From: a virus
Strand: one strand, 5' to 3'
DNA length: 64,000 nt
IMG/VR virus record: IMGVR_UViG_3300045972_000807
Location: 96,001 to 160,000 of that record
The translations under genes were made by a program, and so were the position numbers. A model generated the notes under the pieces. That model ran no database searches. It was not told where the DNA came from and was given only the letters and a program-made list of their open reading frames with translations. Shown piece by piece: positions 44,813 through 53,508 of this stretch (positions are counted from its first letter, which is position 1; each line of letters begins with the position of its first letter).

Positions 44813-45137
44813 TTTGATTCCCGGTACTACTTTTAAGACTGGTAGGCCTTGCGTAGGAAGTTCATGTCCGCTTTGTCCAAAATGTCAACAGTGGCATGCT
44901 TTGCGTTTCTAACACTTGGAAGTATCAGACTGATTAGCCCGCCGTCCTCCTCAGAGGTTTTAGGATTTTCAGCCATAGAAGTTAAAGCAGTTTCTAACTC
45001 CTTTAGCTGAGCTAGCTTTTCCTTTAGCAACTTTTGCAGAGCCGGACTCGGCTCTGCTGGGCGATTGGCTGCGATTACCTTGGTGCGGGATGCGATAGCC
45101 TTGATGTGTTGTTCGTTAATCATTTTGATTCCCGGTA
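44813..45137. repeat. 14-bp direct repeats flanking the 96-aa gene
   Basis: TTTGATTCCCGGTA at 44813-44826 and 45124-45137. Confidence 0.85.
44833..45123 (-). CDS. Small protein with shared leader (candidate internal head protein)
   Basis: MINEQHIKAIASRTKVIAA. Confidence 0.75.
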   Translation of the reverse strand: MINEQHIKAIASRTKVIAANRPAEPSPALQKLLKEKLAQLKELETALTSMAENPKTSEEDGGLISLILPSVRNAKHATVDILDKADMNFLRKAYQS

Positions 45138-45150
45138 TGCTGATTAGCAG

Positions 45151-45492
45151 TTAGAACAGCGTTTGCTCTGTGCTAAACTTCTTCTTAGCAAGTTCGTAGA
45201 CTACCCTATACGTGTAGACTACCCAATCAGTTTTATCCCCAGCGTCTTCTGGGCTAAACCCAATTTGGTAGGTTCCATCTCTGAGCTCACCTGCCTCAAA
45301 GGAAACGCCTGGGTAATCTTTTTTCAAAGCCTTAACGGTGGCTCGGGCCAAGTCATTAAGCTTCTTACCACTTTGTGCGACAGCAGCGTTTTCAAAGTTG
45401 TCTTTAACCGCGCTAACAAAAGCCGCGTCAGCCTTAGCGGTTACTTTGCTACGCTCAGCTATAACCTTGACGTGTTGTGTGTTGATGCTCAT
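45151..45492 (-). CDS. Small protein with shared leader (candidate internal head protein)
   Basis: MSINTQHVKVIAERSKVTAK; ATG at 45492. Confidence 0.75.
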   Translation of the reverse strand: MSINTQHVKVIAERSKVTAKADAAFVSAVKDNFENAAVAQSGKKLNDLARATVKALKKDYPGVSFEAGELRDGTYQIGFSPEDAGDKTDWVVYTYRVVYELAKKKFSTEQTLF

Positions 45493-45506
45493 TACGTGCC
45501 CCATGT

Positions 45507-46022
45507 TTAACCAACGATCTCTGAAGTACGATCCATGCTGAATTTGCAGGTGTACGTCAAGAGACCTGAGGTGTTATCGAGCGTAGCTGTGCCCAGCTCC
45601 AATGGATAGAACTGTTCGATCTTGATGCGCTTGGTAATGTTGCCAGGAGCATCGTACAGGTTCAGTTCGGCATCCACGGCGTAGTTGGCTTTGTAGTTGC
45701 CAGTGTTCGCCTTAATGTCACGGACGAAATCCATCCAGGCCAGCATCAGGTTGCGGGTAGTTTGGTCACGGGTCTCGTACACTGTGAAGTCAATGTCTGC
45801 TGCCCAAGTGCGGCGGCCAGGGTAGTTGAAGCCCAAACCGTGAGCCTCAACCTTGAAGGCTTCCTGGGTGACCGCAGGGATGGTGGTACCTGTGCAACGG
45901 AACGTAAAGTCCCGTGTAGAGTACGAACCACCTGGCACTGACGGCAACCAGATGGCCCAGTCGAAGGAACTTTGAGCATCAACCACTTGGGCCATGTCTT
46001 GTAGGGATACGCGTGCTGGCAT
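45507..46022 (-). CDS. Tail tube protein
   Basis: 171 aa; FRCTGTTIP...NYPGRRTW...LYD..G...FYP; downstream of sheath. Confidence 0.88.
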   Translation of the reverse strand: MPARVSLQDMAQVVDAQSSFDWAIWLPSVPGGSYSTRDFTFRCTGTTIPAVTQEAFKVEAHGLGFNYPGRRTWAADIDFTVYETRDQTTRNLMLAWMDFVRDIKANTGNYKANYAVDAELNLYDAPGNITKRIKIEQFYPLELGTATLDNTSGLLTYTCKFSMDRTSEIVG

Positions 46023-46054
46023 GTTAATGTTTCCTTAAATCAATTGGGGGATTT

Positions 46055-46750
46055 TTAACGCCCACGCTGAGCATCGAAACTCAATGAAGCGCTGTAACGA
46101 TTGTCTGAAGCCATACCGCCATAGCTGCTAGACGTACTAAGAATCCAAGGACCTTTGATAAACGTAGAGCCTCCACCCATGGTGGAGCCATCAGCATTAC
46201 CGAAGGGCTCGTATTCGCCTTTTTTGAATCCTAGAGCCATAGCTCGTCTTTGGACTTCCGCCAAAGCCTTGCTACCGGCGTAGCCTCCGCGCTTAGACCA
46301 GTAAGCTACGTTGCCTCGAAACTCTGCGCCAGACGGCAAGATTTCTTTAGCCATCTTTTTAAGCATTGCGGAGAAAGCTTCATCGATACCCTCGAATACT
46401 GTATCGTCCTTTGACAAGGTCAACCAGGTCATCTCGGAACCTTGCTCAACGGTTAACGGCCACTTGCCGTTCTTCAGAAACTTCCAGTTCAGAGTACCAT
46501 CGGCACTAAAGCGGTTACTAGCACGACGTTCAACCAGTGCCCACCCTAGCTTCTCCAGAGACAGGGCTATAGCATCGCCTTGCTTGCCTTCAAAGATTAA
46601 GGTGAAGGCGTCCATGAACTGCGGCTTCTCTCCCTTGTAGAGCAAGGCATCCATTTTGCGTAGCTGGTCCAGAAACCTAACGGCTTCTCCGTTCGAGATT
46701 GGGGCGGCCGTAATCCCCAATCTCGAAGCTATGGCCTTTATTGCGGTCAT
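46055..46750 (-). CDS. Protein with shared leader (candidate internal head protein)
   Basis: MTAIKAIASRLGITAA. Confidence 0.75.
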   Translation of the reverse strand: MTAIKAIASRLGITAAPISNGEAVRFLDQLRKMDALLYKGEKPQFMDAFTLIFEGKQGDAIALSLEKLGWALVERRASNRFSADGTLNWKFLKNGKWPLTVEQGSEMTWLTLSKDDTVFEGIDEAFSAMLKKMAKEILPSGAEFRGNVAYWSKRGGYAGSKALAEVQRRAMALGFKKGEYEPFGNADGSTMGGGSTFIKGPWILSTSSSYGGMASDNRYSASLSFDAQRGR

Positions 46751-46768
46751 TACGTCTTCCTTAAGCGC

Positions 46769-46936
46769 TCATCGACGCGTAACTGGTGAATCCACAGAGC
46801 TAGCTTTTTCTTTAGCTAACTCTAACCTTTTGGCAATCTCAGCAATTGCCTTAACTGAAGTTTTAGCAACAACCTCACTGTCTACCTTGGGTAACAGGAA
46901 ATCGTCGTCTGAATCTCTAGTGTACGTCTTAATCAT
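46769..46936 (-). CDS. Small protein (55 aa, not in ORF track) carrying the leader-like motif internally
   Basis: GAGG RBS; MIKTYTRDSDDDFLLPKVDSEVVAKTSVKAIAEIAKRLELAKEKASSVDSPVTRR. Confidence 0.6.
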   Translation of the reverse strand: MIKTYTRDSDDDFLLPKVDSEVVAKTSVKAIAEIAKRLELAKEKASSVDSPVTRR

Positions 46937-46943
46937 TTAAGCC

Positions 46944-48185
46944 TCATACGGTTTCGTCAAACCTTTCGGGGAACTTCTGATGTAAAATTGTTTCAAGCTT
47001 TTTGTACGTAGGACTTTTTACGACTCTAACGGTTTCTTTGTCGTGTATTGCTAGCATGAACCTAATACCGTTAGCTCTACATACCTTATTGGCTGCGTCA
47101 AACTTTGGCTTGTTACGCTTGTACTCGTTCTCCCGAAAGAACAAACCGTCGTACTGCTTAGCCTCAACCATGTACCCTTCACCACCCCAGACAATAAAAG
47201 CGTCTGGCTGATACAGAGACTGCTTGCCTTTTAAGGGGTTAATGTAGAACACTTCGGGCATATCTCCAAAGTCAGTAGAAACTACAATAGCACCAGCATC
47301 TTCTAGCGCGCTAAGAACTTGGGGCTCGCATCCTCGGCATTCATGCACATTACCGAACTGGTCTGTCCATTCCTTAGCGTTCCGCTGAGAGTGCGTTACC
47401 TTTTTGGCTATTTCCGGGTTATGCATCTGATGCGCGTAACCTGTGCGCTCTAGCATGCTAGCTTCACGGCGAGCTTGAACCTCACGTAGTAGGCACGCGT
47501 GTTTAACCCCGTGTCTTCGCATAGAATTTTCTATTTTCTTTGCGGTCATTCCTGGGATACAGCTTGGGTTTACAACTCCTTTACCGTACCGCGACTCTAG
47601 CGCAGCTATTTGTCTTTGCTGGACCTCTAAGCTACACGACGGACTGTTTCCACCGTATCTTATATTATTCGTACGCTTGAATTTTTCTAAAACGTTTTTG
47701 TTCTGCAGGGCGTGGTCTACTCCGCACCGCCTACGCATAGTTTTTATAATCTTATTCTTTACCTCGGGAAGCTGCATGGAGCATTTAACTCCATAGTTTT
47801 CCTGAAAGTAAGCTAAGCGTTTGCTGGCTTGTTCTTTGTAAAAACCTGACTCAGTGTGACCAACTTTACAGCACTCGTTGCTGCAAAACTTTAAAGGACC
47901 TTCAGTGAACCATAAGCAGGGTTTACCGCAAACGTCACACTTATTCTCCCGCATAAAGCGTATTGTACGCTCTATTATTGACACGGGAGTACTGGGGCAA
48001 AGAACTTGAAGCTGGTCTAAGAGCTTTGGGAATTTCTTGCTTAGTCGAACGAACCGTCCGTTACCTCTAGCTTGGCACTTGTCATCTAAACATGCTTTCC
48101 GCAAGGAAGCAAATAGCGTAGGCTTAACTGACTCAAGGCGACGGAGTGTTTTGTATATTTCAGAATTGGGTTGACGGCTGGCCAT
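46944..48185 (-). CDS. Free-standing PD-(D/E)XK endonuclease with Zn finger and YGV repeats (homing-endonuclease-like)
   Basis: CDVCG...FCSNEC; ~5 (R)YGV...P.V repeats; YQPDAF...MVEAK; likely start ATG 48185. Confidence 0.8.
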   Translation of the reverse strand: MASRQPNSEIYKTLRRLESVKPTLFASLRKACLDDKCQARGNGRFVRLSKKFPKLLDQLQVLCPSTPVSIIERTIRFMRENKCDVCGKPCLWFTEGPLKFCSNECCKVGHTESGFYKEQASKRLAYFQENYGVKCSMQLPEVKNKIIKTMRRRCGVDHALQNKNVLEKFKRTNNIRYGGNSPSCSLEVQQRQIAALESRYGKGVVNPSCIPGMTAKKIENSMRRHGVKHACLLREVQARREASMLERTGYAHQMHNPEIAKKVTHSQRNAKEWTDQFGNVHECRGCEPQVLSALEDAGAIVVSTDFGDMPEVFYINPLKGKQSLYQPDAFIVWGGEGYMVEAKQYDGLFFRENEYKRNKPKFDAANKVCRANGIRFMLAIHDKETVRVVKSPTYKKLETILHQKFPERFDETV

Positions 48186-48211
48186 GATGTTCCACAGGTA
48201 GTTATGAAATC

Positions 48212-48280
48212 CTGTAAGGTCTCGGCTATCTTGACTACCCAAGAGCGCGGTTAATTACTCCGCTTCACCGAGACCAACAG
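48212..48280 (-). ncRNA. Candidate structured cis-regulatory RNA (three-way junction) upstream of the endonuclease gene
   Basis: GGUCUCGG/CCGAGACC closing stem enclosing GCGG/CCGC and UCUUG/CAAGA hairpins. Confidence 0.45.
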
Positions 48281-48289
48281 AAACTAGAA

Positions 48290-50245
48290 TTAAGCTGACA
48301 TGCTTGCAATCGTATTTTCCGATATGGTCAAACCTTGCTTGCTAATGCCCAGGGTGAGGGCAATAACGCGCGTAGCCAGGATAGGTGTAATCAGAATCGT
48401 GATAGCCAAAATGCCGCTGTTAGCCAGCACATCCGGGTTGTTGGTCTTGTCACAGATGACCTTGAAGGAACTGATGCCGCGACCGGATTGAACGCCACCG
48501 AGGTAGCTATTCAGGCCAGTGGTCAGTTGCATCTTCAGGATGTCATCCAGAGGTTCTTGCAGACCGTACAGCAGGTAAGCGTAAGAGGCGCGCTTGATGA
48601 TGTTGCACAGGAAGCGAACGTTCAGGAACTGGAGTGCGCTGCTCTGTGAAGCCAAGGTAGCCTGTTCCCACAAGGCAATGCCTTGACCCGGGAACTTCCG
48701 CATGTAGTTAACCTGCGCCTGATACAGAGGACTGAAGTCGCCGTCTTCGTAGGTGTAGCGAACATCCAGAACCTGCGACAGCAGACCGCGGTTCAAGCCT
48801 GCGAAGGAGTACCAAGGCTGACCGACGTTGGTCGTATTGGCATACAGACCAGCCATCATGCCCGACGGAGGAACAAACAACAGCTTGCCGCTGGTGGGAT
48901 CAGACTCCAGCAAATCAGGAGTGAACAGCGCGGAGTACGAGCTATTCAGGTTCAGCGTGATGTTGCGATAGTCAATCGAGTCGGGACGAGATTGCTGACC
49001 GCTAGGCACGTCGAGGAACGCCACGCATTCAGCACGTTGCTGTGCGATAGCATCCATGTGATCCTGGATGATCGGAGTAGCGCGACCTGCGTTAATCATC
49101 GTGTCGATCACATACAGCTGCTTATTGCTAAACACGCTCCATGCTTTGTTGATCGTAGCCGCAGTAGGCGCTGAGCCTGAAGTGCCGCCGGTCATAACGA
49201 CGCTAGCCTGTACTGAGTTCAACACAGGGTACGTGCTGAGATGAGCCAGGTTCGACATAACCCGAATGTATTGGCTATACGGGTTGATGCGCTGAGTGGT
49301 TTCGCTTTGTGTGCCCAGATCGTCAGTGAAGTCGTTGAGGGTACAGGTAAACACTTCCACAGGAGTAGAGTTGCTGAGGCTCAGCTTGTAGACGCTCAGG
49401 GTGAAGCCTGTGCTGATTGTCAGCTGGGCTGTGCTGATAATCGGGCCGAGTGCTTGATTGGGCACATTCAGTCCGTCATCGACCCAGGTATTGGAAGCCG
49501 TACCCACTTGGGCCAAAAGGCCCATGTTCTGGATAGCTTGTGTGCGACCGTATATCTTGTAACCGATGGAACCTGCAACAGGCGCCCAGGTAATGGTCAC
49601 GCTTGACTGCGTAGGCGATGCGGAGATGATAACCGTAGCTGGAGTTGACACCAACGACTCAGCACCGCTGCTATTGATACTCGACACCGCGTAGGTGTAA
49701 GTACCGGAACCCATCGAACCGCCGGACGTAGTGCCTGTGGAGATGATGGTGTCGGGAGTGGCTGGGTTCTGTGCTTGAACGCTAACCGCGTAGTCGCCGT
49801 TAGCGTAGCTACCAGGACCGTCAGCGGGATAGAACACGTAGACGGGAGTCTCACCGGAGCCCACGTAGTTCACCCAGTTGGGGTATTGCAGTTCGGTAAG
49901 GGACAGGCCGCCTGGGATAGAGCGCAAGGCGGTCATGCCGTTCACGTCTTGCAGCATAACCATTGCAGCGTACTTGGCATCGTTCTCCACGCAACGGTTA
50001 GCCCAGAGAGCTTGGCCGAACTTGAAGTAATCGAGGCCCATGTACTGGTCAAAGGAAACCGCAGCGTTCGGATTGCCGTAGGCGTCCAAATAGCTTTGTG
50101 CGTCAGTCCACAAACGGGGGCCCAAAGGACCTTTGCCGGACACAACAACCTGTGATGCAACAGCATTGGCAACTTGTGTCAATGTCTGCGACAGGTTAAC
50201 TTCTTTGATATAGACGTCAGACGCCTTGGATGCGAGATTGCTCAT
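48290..50245 (-). CDS. Tail sheath protein with FN3-like insert
   Basis: DVYIKEVNLS, GKGPL, FLDVP, SSYSALFTP, PPSG...PWYSFAGLNRG, LNVRFL, VICDKTNN. Confidence 0.95.
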   Translation of the reverse strand: MSNLASKASDVYIKEVNLSQTLTQVANAVASQVVVSGKGPLGPRLWTDAQSYLDAYGNPNAAVSFDQYMGLDYFKFGQALWANRCVENDAKYAAMVMLQDVNGMTALRSIPGGLSLTELQYPNWVNYVGSGETPVYVFYPADGPGSYANGDYAVSVQAQNPATPDTIISTGTTSGGSMGSGTYTYAVSSINSSGAESLVSTPATVIISASPTQSSVTITWAPVAGSIGYKIYGRTQAIQNMGLLAQVGTASNTWVDDGLNVPNQALGPIISTAQLTISTGFTLSVYKLSLSNSTPVEVFTCTLNDFTDDLGTQSETTQRINPYSQYIRVMSNLAHLSTYPVLNSVQASVVMTGGTSGSAPTAATINKAWSVFSNKQLYVIDTMINAGRATPIIQDHMDAIAQQRAECVAFLDVPSGQQSRPDSIDYRNITLNLNSSYSALFTPDLLESDPTSGKLLFVPPSGMMAGLYANTTNVGQPWYSFAGLNRGLLSQVLDVRYTYEDGDFSPLYQAQVNYMRKFPGQGIALWEQATLASQSSALQFLNVRFLCNIIKRASYAYLLYGLQEPLDDILKMQLTTGLNSYLGGVQSGRGISSFKVICDKTNNPDVLANSGILAITILITPILATRVIALTLGISKQGLTISENTIASMSA

Positions 50246-50265
50246 TGGTTCGTTTCCTATCCTGT

Positions 50266-50580
50266 TTAGTTGTTTGCCTTGGTAACCTGCAGTGCTGGGT
50301 TACGCGAAGAGAAAACTGGATCCACGGTGTAGCCGGCCAGCAGTTTAGGCTTACCGCCATGCTGGACAAACACGACGTCGGTCTCGCCAGTAGCCTTGTT
50401 GATGATCGGAACAGACAAGGTAGCACCGGAGGCATTGAACAGTTGGACACGAACCGGCATGGCTTGAGCCATCTTTACCGAGGCGTGCGGCGCAGCAGCG
50501 TGAACGGGCGCTGCGGGAGCAGCTTCGTTGGTGGCTCCCGTTGAGGTGGCCGAATTGGTGGAAGTTTGCTTGTCAGACAT
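50266..50580 (-). CDS. Hypothetical (structural operon)
   Basis: Operonic, AGGA RBS. Confidence 0.65.
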   Translation of the reverse strand: MSDKQTSTNSATSTGATNEAAPAAPVHAAAPHASVKMAQAMPVRVQLFNASGATLSVPIINKATGETDVVFVQHGGKPKLLAGYTVDPVFSSRNPALQVTKANN

Positions 50581-50586
50581 TGGGGA

Positions 50587-50961
50587 TTATCCTTGCGTTA
50601 TGGCTACAGACACTACGGAGGATCCTTGATTTTGGAACGTCATTACGCTAACGTTATCGTCAAGGATCATAAACTGGCTGATGTTCATCAGTATGGTCTC
50701 GGGAACTGTGCGAACACCAACTACTTCAGCTAATGTAACATTGGCCTTAATGGGGCCGCCTGTAACGCGAACCATTGTCACGCCTGTAGGCTTAATAGGA
50801 GGCTGCCAGGTAAAGCCGCTTCCCGGTTCTACGTCCAGCTCTGCCTTAGAGATATTGGAAGCCGCGTTAGCGTAGTTTAAGCTGTACGCGCCTTTTGAGC
50901 GCTTAACGCTAGCGTGAGCTTCAAAGACTCCAACGTTAAGAACCAATGCCTTGACTACCAT
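50587..50961 (-). CDS. Hypothetical (structural operon)
   Basis: Operonic, GGAG RBS; beta-rich. Confidence 0.7.
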   Translation of the reverse strand: MVVKALVLNVGVFEAHASVKRSKGAYSLNYANAASNISKAELDVEPGSGFTWQPPIKPTGVTMVRVTGGPIKANVTLAEVVGVRTVPETILMNISQFMILDDNVSVMTFQNQGSSVVSVAITQG

Positions 50962-50962
50962 G

Positions 50963-51667
50963 TTAGAAGCTCCATTGCGTAACTGTTGACCCGTCGGGAC
51001 TTAGCACATTGTTGACCTGTACGGTGTCTACGATCTGTTGCTCTTGTAGCACACCGAACGACATGTAACCCTGCAGCACAAGGTTGCTGGTTACCGTGTA
51101 CTCTTGGACGTTGTTAAGGTCAGAGTCCCTTTGCGGTATGGTTACGCTTGCATCCAAGTCAGCCTTAGCTGAGAACACCGAGTCACCGTAGCGCACATTG
51201 AAGCTCAGCCACCCGTTAACCCTAGCAAACATCCAGGTGTTGGCATACCGCAGGACGTCTTGAAAGCTGTTGGTGCAGTATTCAACGGATACCGCAAAGT
51301 CGATGGGGAGAATCTTTACCCGGAAGGTACGCTTCTCATCGTCGTCCATGCTAATGGCGGCTTGGAGGCCTTTCATTAGCTGAGACTTGTTGTTACCACG
51401 CGTCTCACTCTGTGTAAATGAGCCCAGCGTGAACACCATGTACGGGTACTGGACGTTTACGTCGCTATTGCCCGATGCCTGCGTACCGAACAATTTTTGA
51501 AGCAACTTCGTTTTGTCTGTGCTAGTAGCCCAGATAGACTTTGCTTCAAAAACTTCTAACGCACGCTCCTGCAACCCGCTGAAGATAAACTTCTCAACAG
51601 GGTCTAGCTTCAGGTTAATGCCTGACTTAGCTGCAGTTGTTTGGTTAGATTGGTTAGAGGTTGCCAT
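50963..51667 (-). CDS. Probable neck / tail-completion protein
   Basis: Position between capsid and sheath; YPYMVF...PIDFAVSVEY pattern of tail-terminator folds. Confidence 0.5.
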   Translation of the reverse strand: MATSNQSNQTTAAKSGINLKLDPVEKFIFSGLQERALEVFEAKSIWATSTDKTKLLQKLFGTQASGNSDVNVQYPYMVFTLGSFTQSETRGNNKSQLMKGLQAAISMDDDEKRTFRVKILPIDFAVSVEYCTNSFQDVLRYANTWMFARVNGWLSFNVRYGDSVFSAKADLDASVTIPQRDSDLNNVQEYTVTSNLVLQGYMSFGVLQEQQIVDTVQVNNVLSPDGSTVTQWSF

Positions 51668-51677
51668 GTTCAATCTT

Positions 51678-51710
51678 TAAAAAGACGCGCAAGTTAATGC
51701 GCGTCTTTTA
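51678..51710 (-). terminator. Terminator hairpin after the head genes
   Basis: AAAAGACGCGCA-agttaa-TGCGCGTCTTTT. Confidence 0.8.
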
Positions 51711-51732
51711 GTTGCTTACAGCTAACTACTGC

Positions 51733-52329
51733 TTACTTCTGGCGGGCAGCCAGGTTACGCAGAGCGCGAGCGAAAGAAGCTGTGCTCTTAGCCGAGATGG
51801 CCGGGCCACCTTCGGGAACATCAACCTTTAGGTCACCGCCGGGAGCGTCATCAGCTTCGTCGAAGGGCACTTCGGGGGAGGTGATACCTTCGGCTTCGGC
51901 CAATGCCTTGCGAGCCTTGGCGACCTTTTGGGCCTTAGCCAGGGCAGCCTTAGCAGCCACAACGCCGGCGTCTTCCTTTTCGTCTTCACCGAAAGCGGCT
52001 TCTTCCTCTTCGCCTTCTTCAGCACCGGCTTCGGCCAATGCTGCTTCCAGATCGTCAGGCAATTCGGTTTCGCAGGTTTCAGCTTCGTCTTCGTCCAGGC
52101 CGAGTTCAGCAAACACCTTTTGTGCAGCTGTCATTTCAGTCGAAGCCTTGGCCTTTTTCTTCTTGGCGGCAGGCTTCTTCTTGTTGGCGGCGAAAATCGC
52201 TTCGATAGCGGCTGAAGCAGAGACTTCAGCAGCAGCTTCGTGCATGAACTTTGCAGCACGAACAGGCATGTTGATCTGGGTTGCGGCCAGACTCATTGCC
52301 ATCAGATCAAGGGCACGGTTGTATCCCAT
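51733..52329 (-). CDS. Acidic Ala-rich head-associated protein (core/scaffold-like)
   Basis: Follows the MCP; E/D/A-rich; strong codon bias. Confidence 0.6.
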   Translation of the reverse strand: MGYNRALDLMAMSLAATQINMPVRAAKFMHEAAAEVSASAAIEAIFAANKKKPAAKKKKAKASTEMTAAQKVFAELGLDEDEAETCETELPDDLEAALAEAGAEEGEEEEAAFGEDEKEDAGVVAAKAALAKAQKVAKARKALAEAEGITSPEVPFDEADDAPGGDLKVDVPEGGPAISAKSTASFARALRNLAARQK

Positions 52330-52361
52330 TTTGATATTTCCTTAAAGATTGGTTGGTTAAA

Positions 52362-52396
52362 GATCGGGGCTTAGCTGTTAGGCTAAAACCCCTATC
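52362..52396 (-). terminator. Imperfect hairpin after the MCP gene
   Basis: GGGG..TTAGC-ctaaca-GCTAA.CCCC followed by TTT on the minus strand. Confidence 0.45.
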
Positions 52397-52400
52397 AAAA

Positions 52401-53456
52401 TCAGATGCGCTTGGCCCAAGCGATCGAGCGGCTGTTGGCCACGGCGAAGGCGATGGATTCAGACAGCAACCAGCCGCGACCTGCGATCTTTTCAGTCACG
52501 CCGTCGATAGGCACGCTGTCAACACCGCCACGGTCAGAGTAGGCACCGTGTGTCAGGGGATCGGACACCACAGCGAATTCGCCGACAGACAGAACCTTGT
52601 GTTCCGGATGGCGATATGCTTCGGAGATCAGAGTCATGCCGTACAGCACGCCCAGTTGGCCGGTCATCACCAGTTCGTGGCGTGCAACGGGTTCAATCGC
52701 TTGAATGAAGGTTGCGTCGCCGACGATGTCGATGAACAGGTCGGAAGCCATCAGGCAGTAAGCTGCCTTCATGCCCCACTGAGCCACTTGCTGACGAACG
52801 CTCATGAGTGACAGGGGATTCAGCGTACCGGAGATCAGGGAGAAGTTGTTGTCCACGCCGATCGTCATCTTGGACAGGTTGTACCAGTAGCGATCTTCGC
52901 CGACCATCACTGCTTCCAGCGCTTCAACGTACTTTTCTTCCAGCACGTCGGAGGGGCTTTGGTTGATTTCGACTTGCGGCACGAAGGGGCGAGCACGAAT
53001 TTCAACTTCAGCAGGCAGCAGCCATTTGTCCGTCACCACTTCGGTCTCAACCTTGCTGGGGCCGGTGGTCAGGAACGCGGTCACGTTTTTCTTGCGAACC
53101 GGGAAACGTGGGATGTCGCCTTGTTTCAGTTCCATGCGGTTCAGGAAACGACGAGCGAAGCCCTTGCGATTGGCGGTCATGTAGATTTCGTCGGCCATGC
53201 GTTCGCCCAGAACGCGATGTGCTTCACCGTCACGGAACGCGGCAGTCACCAGTTCCTTGTTGGTGGAAGCCTGGATCAGCTTTTCTTCGGTGCTAACTTC
53301 GCCGTTGGCGGAAGCTTGCATCAGAGCGTGAGCGTTACGCAGAGCGTCCACGCGGGACGACGAGTTGATTTCACCGTTTTGACCGATAGCGCGTTCTTGG
53401 CGCTTGCCGATGCGGTAGTCCGAAGCAACAACGGGGTGCTTTGCTTTGAGTGTCAT
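52401..53456 (-). CDS. Major capsid protein (HK97 fold)
   Basis: 351 aa, strong codon bias; GFARRFL...PRFPV, EIRARP...EALEAVMVGED, GQLGVLYGMTL, FAVANSRSIA. Confidence 0.88.
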   Translation of the reverse strand: MTLKAKHPVVASDYRIGKRQERAIGQNGEINSSSRVDALRNAHALMQASANGEVSTEEKLIQASTNKELVTAAFRDGEAHRVLGERMADEIYMTANRKGFARRFLNRMELKQGDIPRFPVRKKNVTAFLTTGPSKVETEVVTDKWLLPAEVEIRARPFVPQVEINQSPSDVLEEKYVEALEAVMVGEDRYWYNLSKMTIGVDNNFSLISGTLNPLSLMSVRQQVAQWGMKAAYCLMASDLFIDIVGDATFIQAIEPVARHELVMTGQLGVLYGMTLISEAYRHPEHKVLSVGEFAVVSDPLTHGAYSDRGGVDSVPIDGVTEKIAGRGWLLSESIAFAVANSRSIAWAKRI

Positions 53457-53508
53457 GGTTGAATATCCTTAAAAGGTTATGAATGGATTTGCAGGTCTTC
53501 GCAGGATA

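Noticed and set aside
48212-48280. Three-way junction as a hammerhead ribozyme or tRNA
   Set aside because: Lacks the CUGAnGA and GAAA core and lacks a cloverleaf or TTC loop; kept only as an unclassified structure
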